Virus record (IMG/VR): IMGVR_UViG_3300022930_000005
Span: 1-44,529 of that record
DNA from: a virus
Strand: one strand, 5' to 3'
DNA length: 44,529 bases
Shown: positions 39,404 to 44,529 of the stretch, one piece after another
Layout: every line of letters starts with the position of its first letter
Numbering within the stretch: the first letter of the stretch is position 1
Translations under genes and position numbers: made by a program
The notes under the pieces: generated by a model
What the model saw: the letters and a program-made list of their open reading frames with translations, nothing else
What the model was told of the DNA's origin: nothing
The model's database searches: none

Positions 39404-40177
39404 ATGGCTGACGTAGAAGAAGCCCCGGATGCGGGCGTAGCGATCGATGAAGCGCCGGAGAATACCGGACCTGTCACAGTCGAGGATTTCGCCCGCGAAC
39501 GCGGCTGGAAACCCAAGGAAGAATACGACGGTCCCGAGGAAGACTGGCGCGACGCTGGTGGCTTCCTCGCGTTCGGCCTGGATCGTAACCGCGACCTATA
39601 CAAGGAGGTCAAGGGCCTGCGCGACACGACCGAGCGCATGGCCCACACGCAGGCCACGATCATGGATCAGGCCGTTGAACGCGCCCGTACCGAGGAGCGC
39701 CGCCAATGGGAGCAGCGCCACGCCCAAGCGGTGGAGGACGGCGACCTCAAGACGGCAACCCAAGCCGTGCAGCAGATCGCCGAGCTGACCCACAACGTTC
39801 CGCGCCAGACCGGCTCCGATCCGCAGGTGGACAAGTTCGTCCGCGATCATCCGTGGTTCAATACCGATCCTGTCGCCAAAGCGCTGGCAGCGGCCACGGC
39901 GGAACAGGTCGCGCAGCGCAACGGCACGGTTGCCGAGCAGCTCGAGGCGGCAAGGCAGGCCGTGCACAAGCGCTTCCCCGAATATGCGCCGACGCCTGTG
40001 AAGGCCGCGCCGAGTGTCTCCGCGCCGGGCGCCCGAACCGCTGACATGGGCGGGCGCAAGAAGGGCTTCAACGACATGCCGGCGGAGGCGCAGCAAGCGT
40101 GCCGCGCCATGGTGGCGAAGAAGTACACGACCCAGGACGAATACGTCTCGAATTACTTTGACAAAGGTTCGAAATAA
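39404..40177 (+). CDS. putative scaffolding protein (257 aa)
   Basis: Acidic N-terminus, long charged helical middle and basic C-terminus. It lies upstream of the decoration/capsid genes. Assigned by position and composition only. Confidence 0.4.
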   Translation: MADVEEAPDAGVAIDEAPENTGPVTVEDFARERGWKPKEEYDGPEEDWRDAGGFLAFGLDRNRDLYKEVKGLRDTTERMAHTQATIMDQAVERARTEERRQWEQRHAQAVEDGDLKTATQAVQQIAELTHNVPRQTGSDPQVDKFVRDHPWFNTDPVAKALAAATAEQVAQRNGTVAEQLEAARQAVHKRFPEYAPTPVKAAPSVSAPGARTADMGGRKKGFNDMPAEAQQACRAMVAKKYTTQDEYVSNYFDKGSK

Positions 40178-40653
40178 TGATTGACCTGCATGAGCAGCCC
40201 CGGAGGGGGCGTCCGCCTCGCGCGGAAACCGTTATCCAAGAGGGCCGGCGCGAGCGGCGACGCCCCGAACTTGGTGACACGGACGAAGCGAGCCTCAAGC
40301 TCGCTATTCCGGATTGGGTGAAGGATAAGTACCCCGAATCCGAGTACGTCTATCGTTGGTTTGCCTCCAGCCCCGCAAGGATGCTGGTAGCCAAGCGCAA
40401 CGATTGGGATGCAGTCGAAGGCGTGGACAGCGTTCCGGCCACAGACAAGGACGGCAAACCCGCCGACCACATCCTGCACGTCAAGTACCGCGACTGGTAT
40501 GACAGCGACCGCGCCCCGAAAGAGGCACGCCGCAAAGACCTCGAAAAGCAGATGCTTCGTGGGGCAGTCAAGGATCGCGGCGATGGCGAGGGCGACACCT
40601 TATCCGAAAAATTCCAATACGAGGAGGCTGCGTCTCAGAACCGCCTCCGCTAA
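40177..40653 (+). CDS. hypothetical head-module protein (158 aa)
   Basis: TAATG overlap. Arg-rich N-terminus. Confidence 0.5.
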   Translation: MIDLHEQPRRGRPPRAETVIQEGRRERRRPELGDTDEASLKLAIPDWVKDKYPESEYVYRWFASSPARMLVAKRNDWDAVEGVDSVPATDKDGKPADHILHVKYRDWYDSDRAPKEARRKDLEKQMLRGAVKDRGDGEGDTLSEKFQYEEAASQNRLR

Positions 40654-40665
40654 GGAGATTCTGTC

Positions 40666-41256
40666 ATGCCTAATGGAAATGGCCCGTTCGGCTTCAAGCC
40701 GGTTCGGAGCGCGTCCAGTCAGCCTTACAACGACGGCGCCAACACGTATCACGTACCCGCTTCGGATGCCTCGGTAATCCGGCTTGGTGACCCCGTGGTC
40801 GTCACTGGAACCGGCTCGGCTGCTGGTACTTCGGATGTCACGCTCGCAACGGCTGGCAGCGGCAACGCAATCACCGGCATCGCTGTCGGTTTCCGCCCCG
40901 CTGGCGCTACGGAGTGGCTTGGCTACCGCCCTGCCTCCACTGAGTACTTCGTGATGGTCGAGGACAACCCCGAGGCCGAGTTCTACATCCAGGAGGATGG
41001 TGATGGGGCTGCGGCGGGTGCGCCGCTGGCGGCAGTCGACATCGGCCTCAACGCCGCTATCGTGTACGGCACTGCTACGGGCAACCGTTCGGCTGCTATG
41101 CTGGACAGCTCGACCAAAGCGACCACGGCTGCCTTGCAGGTCCGTATCGTCGGTCTGGCGCAGACTGTCGGCAACGAAATCGGCAATTACGCCGTTTGGC
41201 GGGTTCGTCTCAACAATGTGACCACGACGCCGAACGCCGCGTCCACCGGCATCTAA
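40666..41256 (+). CDS. putative capsid decoration/cement protein (196 aa)
   Basis: SD AAGGAG. It lies immediately upstream of the major capsid gene and is Gly/Ala/Thr-rich and beta-like. Assigned by position only. Confidence 0.3.
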   Translation: MPNGNGPFGFKPVRSASSQPYNDGANTYHVPASDASVIRLGDPVVVTGTGSAAGTSDVTLATAGSGNAITGIAVGFRPAGATEWLGYRPASTEYFVMVEDNPEAEFYIQEDGDGAAAGAPLAAVDIGLNAAIVYGTATGNRSAAMLDSSTKATTAALQVRIVGLAQTVGNEIGNYAVWRVRLNNVTTTPNAASTGI

Positions 41257-41270
41257 GGGAGGGCTGAGAC

Positions 41271-42176
41271 ATGCTTATCACTCGTTCAGTTCACCCGAAG
41301 CTCCTGGTTCCGGGTGTGAAGGCCTTCTTCGGCACCAAGTACAAGGAATACGATCCGATCTGGTCGAAGATCTTCAAGGACCGCCCGTCTTCGGATCGGG
41401 CCTATGAAGAAGTCGTCGAAGAGCAGGGATTCGGCCTCGCGTCCGTCAAGGGCGAAGGTCAGTCCGTGACTTACGACACGACCGGCGAAGGTCCGACCTC
41501 GCGCTTCACGCACGTCAACTACGCGCTCGGCTTTATCGTCACCGAAGAGGAAGTCGATGACAACCTCTACGAGGACAAGGCCATCAGCCGTGCCGGCGCG
41601 CTCGCTCGCTCGATGCGGGCGACGAAGGAAACGGTTCACGCCAACATCCTGAATCGCGGCTTCAACGGCGCGTATCTTGGTGCGGACGGCGTGGCACTGT
41701 TTTCGAACGCGCACCCTGTCATCGGCGGGACGCAGAGCAATCTGCTGACTTCCGCCGACTTGAGCGAAGCCTCGCTTGAGGACGCCATGATTCAGATCAT
41801 GAACCTCAAGGACACGCGCGGGCTTCGCTTGCAGGGCCGTGCGGTGACGCTGGTCGTTGGGCCTTCGGAGGCGTTCAACGCTTACCGGCTGCTCAACGCG
41901 ACCGGCCAGCCGAACTCGACGTACTACAACAACCCGAACGCCATCAAGGCGATGGGCTGGGCGCCGACTGTCGTGGTCAATCCGTATCTGGACGACCCCG
42001 ACGCCTGGTATCTCACCACCGACCTCGATAACGGCCTCCTGAGCTTCCAGCGCAAGGCGCTGCGGTTCGCGGAGGACGGCGACTTCGACACCGGCAACCT
42101 CAAGCACAAGGCGCAGGAACGCTACAGCCCCGGCTGGGCGGATTTCCGCGGCGTTTTCGGAAACGCCGGCGCGTAA
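41271..42176 (+). CDS. major capsid protein, HK97-fold type (301 aa)
   Basis: SD AGGGAGGG. Size, position and pattern (KAFFGTKYKEY...W..IF...SSDRAYEE...GFGLA..KGEG..V.YD) are typical of podovirus major capsid proteins. Confidence 0.7.
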   Translation: MLITRSVHPKLLVPGVKAFFGTKYKEYDPIWSKIFKDRPSSDRAYEEVVEEQGFGLASVKGEGQSVTYDTTGEGPTSRFTHVNYALGFIVTEEEVDDNLYEDKAISRAGALARSMRATKETVHANILNRGFNGAYLGADGVALFSNAHPVIGGTQSNLLTSADLSEASLEDAMIQIMNLKDTRGLRLQGRAVTLVVGPSEAFNAYRLLNATGQPNSTYYNNPNAIKAMGWAPTVVVNPYLDDPDAWYLTTDLDNGLLSFQRKALRFAEDGDFDTGNLKHKAQERYSPGWADFRGVFGNAGA

Positions 42177-42194
42177 CGACAAGGAGCCGCACCC

Positions 42195-42440
42195 ATGCAG
42201 TGGAGCTTAAAGCCCAAGGGCCTCTGCATGCGGTGCGGCTTCAAGTACAATCTCAACGATCTGCGCAAGGAATGGACCGGCGAGCGCGTCTGTGATGCGT
42301 GCTGGGATCGCCGCCCCGAGGACTTGCGCCCCATCCCGCTCAACAAACCTGAGGGCCGTCCCAAGCCGAACGCCAGCCCCGAGCCGGTTGACCGCTTTAT
42401 CACTCCCGGCGTAGACGACATCGAACCGGAGGAGCTTTAA
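42195..42440 (+). CDS. small zinc-ribbon protein (81 aa)
   Basis: Contains CMRCGFKY...VCDACW and a Pro-rich tail. Confidence 0.55.
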   Translation: MQWSLKPKGLCMRCGFKYNLNDLRKEWTGERVCDACWDRRPEDLRPIPLNKPEGRPKPNASPEPVDRFITPGVDDIEPEEL

Positions 42441-42442
42441 AC

Positions 42443-43117
42443 ATGGCGACATCCGGCGTTTACACATTCGAACTGACCGCGCGCGATATCGTGACGCAGG
42501 CACTTCGGGAAATCAAAGTCATCCCCGCTGGTGGTCAGCCAGACGCTTCGGAAATGAGCGACGGCATCCTTGCGCTCAACGGGATGCTGAAAAGCTGGCA
42601 GACCGAGGATAGCCTGTGGCGTGAAGCGCAGGATACGATTGTCGCACCGGCTGGCAATCCGTCGGTAGCGCTGGCCCCATCCACCCGCAACGTCACCGAT
42701 GTGCGGATGCAGGTTGACCCCGGGTATCAGCGCCCGATGCAGATGTGGCAGCGTGCCGATTACATGCAGGTGCCGAACAAGACCGTTACAGGCCAGCCGC
42801 TGTGCTTCTATTTCAGCCAGCAGCGCGGCACGGCTGAGTTGTTCCTGTGGCCAATCCCATCGGTCGATACGACACTTTTGGTCGATTCCATTCAAGGCAT
42901 CCAGACCGTCACCGACCCAGGCCAGACCGTTGATGTGCCTGACGACTGGCAAGAGGCGGTGTGGACGAATCTCGCTGTGCGAATGGGGCATTCCTACGGC
43001 GCTGAGTTGTCGCAGGAACTGATTGCCCGAGCTGGCCGCACCTATCAAACGCTGCTGGATATGGACCGCCCCGAAAGCTATTTCATGGGGCCGTGGGACG
43101 ATCGCTATTATGGCTGA
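42443..43117 (+). CDS. P22 gp4-like head-to-tail adaptor (224 aa)
   Basis: ARDIVTQALREIKVIPAGGQPDASEMSDGILALNGMLKSWQTEDSLW parallels P22 gp4 [45 protein letters not shown]. Confidence 0.6.
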   Translation: MATSGVYTFELTARDIVTQALREIKVIPAGGQPDASEMSDGILALNGMLKSWQTEDSLWREAQDTIVAPAGNPSVALAPSTRNVTDVRMQVDPGYQRPMQMWQRADYMQVPNKTVTGQPLCFYFSQQRGTAELFLWPIPSVDTTLLVDSIQGIQTVTDPGQTVDVPDDWQEAVWTNLAVRMGHSYGAELSQELIARAGRTYQTLLDMDRPESYFMGPWDDRYYG

Positions 43118-44504
43118 TCTGGCGTTCGGAACTTCCGCATATTCCCGCACGCGCGGCGACTTGCCCGAGTTGCCGGTGGTCAACCTATTTCTGGAGGCCG
43201 CGCCGTCCGCTGAGAAAGGCGCGGTGCTGCAAGGGCGTCCGGGCTTGGTCGCATACGGTGAGCCAGTCGGCAGCGGGCCTATTCGCGGCATCTATCGCGC
43301 GGATGGCGTGGTTGGCAGCGCTACGGTCACGGTGTCGGGTAACGACGTGTACGTAGAAACCCTAGCGCTCGGCGATATCGTCGGCGACGGGCCGGTGTCG
43401 TTCGCAGCATCCGAAACCGAACTGCTGATCAATGCGGGCGGGCCAATTTACCGCACCGATGGGGCCGTGCTGACCCAAGTGGTGTTCCCCGATGACGCGG
43501 ACGTATCGCGGCTAGTCGATCTGGCGGGCTACTTCCTCGCGATCCGGCGCGATACGCAGCAAATCTATTTCTCTGGCGTGCTGGACGGCCTGACTTGGGA
43601 TGCGCTGTCCTACGAAAGCGCCGAGAATGAGCCTGACCCGCTGCGTGATGCTCTGGTGGTCAACGACACGCTAATCCTGTTCGGATCGCAGACGGTGGAG
43701 TTTTGGGCTAAAACCGGAAATCCTGACGCGCCGTTCGCACCGATCGAGGGGCGCGTGTTCCCGAAAGGCGTTGTGGCGTCGGGCTGCGCGGTGAAGTTCG
43801 ATAATACGGCGGCATGGATAGGCACTGTCGGCCCAACGATCCCCGGCGTGCGTCCAAGCCTTCGCGTCTACACGGCAGCGAACGCGGCGGACGGCATTTC
43901 CGAGCCGGGAATCGAGGAGCGCCTTGCCGATTCCACCACTTGGGCCGCGTGGGCCTTCACGTTCGAAGGCCATGAATTCCTAGCGATCCGGCTGGATCAA
44001 GGCACGTGGCTATTTGACGCACAATCCCGCCAATGGTGCGAGTGGCAGAGCTATGGCCGCGAGAACTGGCGCGCGCAGTGCTTTGCCGGCGGGTTGTTCG
44101 GCGATGACGGCACAGGCCAGTTATGGACGCTTGGGCCGGGCTACGTTGACGCGGGCGGTGTATTGGAAGCAAGGTTCCGCGCCGGCACGCCGTTGGCAGG
44201 CGGCGCGCTCACGGTGCACAATATTCGCATAGCGGTCAATTCTGGCGAAACCCCCTACCTTGTCGGCGACTATGACAACCCGGTTGCCGAAATGCGCACC
44301 TCGCGCGATGCTGGCAGGACATGGGGGGAGTGGCGGGCTACAGCGATCGGTGCGCAAGGCGAATACCGCACGCGCGTAGAGTGGCGGCGGTGCGGCATGT
44401 TCGACGACCCCGGAATGCTGGTGGAGTTTCGCATCACTGACCCGGTGCCCAGGCGCTTCAGCACGGTCAAGGTCAACGAAGATTCAGGCGGAAGGGCGAG
44501 ATAA
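43110..44504 (+). CDS. P22 gp10-like tail hub / packaged-DNA stabilisation protein (464 aa)
   Basis: LPVVNLFLE..., GDIVGDGPVSFAAS, YESAENEPDPLRDALVVNDTLILFGSQTVEFWAKTG and RVEWRRCGMF parallel P22 gp10 LPVNMLATP, GDVAGSGRVSMAHG, YRAESQPDGIIGIGTWRDFIVCFGSSTIEYFSLTG and RVLWKRVGRI. ATG 43110 is internal to the track ORF. Confidence 0.75.
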   Translation: MADLAFGTSAYSRTRGDLPELPVVNLFLEAAPSAEKGAVLQGRPGLVAYGEPVGSGPIRGIYRADGVVGSATVTVSGNDVYVETLALGDIVGDGPVSFAASETELLINAGGPIYRTDGAVLTQVVFPDDADVSRLVDLAGYFLAIRRDTQQIYFSGVLDGLTWDALSYESAENEPDPLRDALVVNDTLILFGSQTVEFWAKTGNPDAPFAPIEGRVFPKGVVASGCAVKFDNTAAWIGTVGPTIPGVRPSLRVYTAANAADGISEPGIEERLADSTTWAAWAFTFEGHEFLAIRLDQGTWLFDAQSRQWCEWQSYGRENWRAQCFAGGLFGDDGTGQLWTLGPGYVDAGGVLEARFRAGTPLAGGALTVHNIRIAVNSGETPYLVGDYDNPVAEMRTSRDAGRTWGEWRATAIGAQGEYRTRVEWRRCGMFDDPGMLVEFRITDPVPRRFSTVKVNEDSGGRAR

Positions 44505-44529
44505 TGGCGGCGTTCATCAAGTTTTACCC
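44403..44529. repeat. second copy of the 127-bp terminal overlap (identical to 1-127)
   Basis: See feature 1-127. It contains the end of the gp10-like CDS and the first 26 nt of the gene that starts at 102. Confidence 0.9.

Noticed and set aside
41286-42182. 298-aa ORF antisense to the major capsid gene
   Set aside because: It is a shadow ORF typical of GC-rich DNA. It is Arg/Ala/Val-rich with no SD or coupling, and the sense strand carries a well-supported capsid gene.
1-44529. Searched by eye for tRNA T-loops (GGTTCGAATCC-like), rRNA, a reverse transcriptase/DGR (given the podovirus tail fibre), integrase att-like repeats and toxin-antitoxin pairs
   Set aside because: No T-loop/acceptor pattern, RT motif (YxDD), template/variable repeat pair or recombinase motif was recognised. 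Absence cannot be proven without tools.

Overview
The window is a complete, GC-rich tailed-phage genome. Bases 1-127 are identical to 44403-44529, so it is a circular or circularly permuted molecule with a unique length of 44,402 bp. I read three transcription blocks. (1) A late block on the + strand runs from about 31106 to the window end, continues through the junction, and ends at 13628. It contains small genes, a putative small terminase and the large terminase, portal, a GroES-like co-chaperonin, scaffold-like, decoration-like and HK97-type capsid genes, P22 gp4-like and gp10-like tail genes, Gly/Ala-rich ejection proteins including an LAS/M15 peptidase, and a 1062-aa tailspike with a C-terminal SGNH/GDSL esterase-like domain. 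It ends with a lysis region (M15 endolysin, 2-TM holin, other membrane proteins) interrupted by a reverse-strand, lower-GC HNH homing endonuclease. (2) A leftward early operon on the - strand (about 24028 to 13673) carries a YqaJ exonuclease with an SSB-like partner, a GNAT-like protein, a MazG-like protein, a Lar-like zinc-ribbon fusion, an HTH regulator and two expanded paralog families. (3) A rightward early/replication operon on the + strand (24178 to 30840) carries a Cro-like HTH, T5orf172+HTH, a DnaA-domain-IV-only protein, VRR-NUC, a C5-methyltransferase-like PCQ protein lacking motif I, XRE HTH, a DnaJ-type zinc-finger protein and a RepA/AAA_25-type helicase. Most genes are chained by ATGA/GTGA/TAATG overlaps, and several unlisted micro-ORFs (26-55 aa) fit into these chains. 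The most interesting non-coding signal is the 265-nt early/late boundary at 30841-31105, with a hairpin, four GGTGTGGCAA iterons and a tandem repeat inside a TTGACA promoter. I recognised no tRNA, rRNA, CRISPR, integrase, reverse transcriptase, DNA polymerase or primase. All functional calls come from motifs read by eye and from gene order; no database search was possible. The host is probably an alphaproteobacterium, judged only from GC content and codon style.
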